A program made the translations under genes and the position numbers. The notes under the pieces were generated by a model. It saw only the letters and a list, made by a program, of their open reading frames with translations. It was not told the origin of the DNA and made no database searches. From positions 30,902,902 to 30,966,901 of the forward strand of contig NC_057718.1 of the NCBI RefSeq assembly GCF_004010195.1: a stretch of 64,000 nt of DNA, in the 5' to 3' direction. This document shows positions 63,909 to 64,000 of the stretch, piece after piece (positions within the stretch are counted from its first letter, which is position 1; every line of letters begins with the position of its first letter). The stretch comes from Chiloscyllium plagiosum (taxonomy: Eukaryota).

Positions 63909-64000
63909 TAACGTAACATATATTTGTTTTCATGTAGTGGAAAGTGAGAGATATGGAAGATAAGTACATAAGATAAGGACATAACTGTAAACACATCTGT

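Overview
Non-coding, repeat-rich vertebrate genomic DNA. The repeat complement (several CR1 subfamilies, HE1/V-SINE, Deu-domain SINEs, Penelope-derived palindromic elements) points to an elasmobranch, probably a shark; this is an inference. No host protein-coding gene, rRNA, tRNA gene or CRISPR array is recognisable. The long ORFs are broken LINE ORF2 or ORF1 fragments or their antisense shadows. The first ~48 kb is a mosaic of decayed and nested elements: CR1, L2-like, RTE and Tx1 LINEs, Penelope remnants, SINEs, a Tigger-like MITE and a Harbinger Myb/SANT remnant. Around 40.8-43.7 kb, and from ~49.6 kb to the end, transposons thin out and CpGs are visibly retained, with enhancer-like blocks. 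This suggests the flank of a developmental-regulator locus outside the window. The most unusual structure is at 4430-4715: two back-to-back near-perfect hairpins with an identical 41-bp core, which reads like the scar of a resolved DNA cruciform. Other notable signals are three families of short Penelope-derived elements carrying decayed minimal hammerhead ribozyme motifs, a TGTCA/TGACA mini-palindrome array at 48.6-49.75 kb, and a same-strand Cdx/posterior-Hox motif cluster at ~53.1-53.4 kb. Repeat boundaries were read by eye and are approximate unless exact coordinates are quoted.
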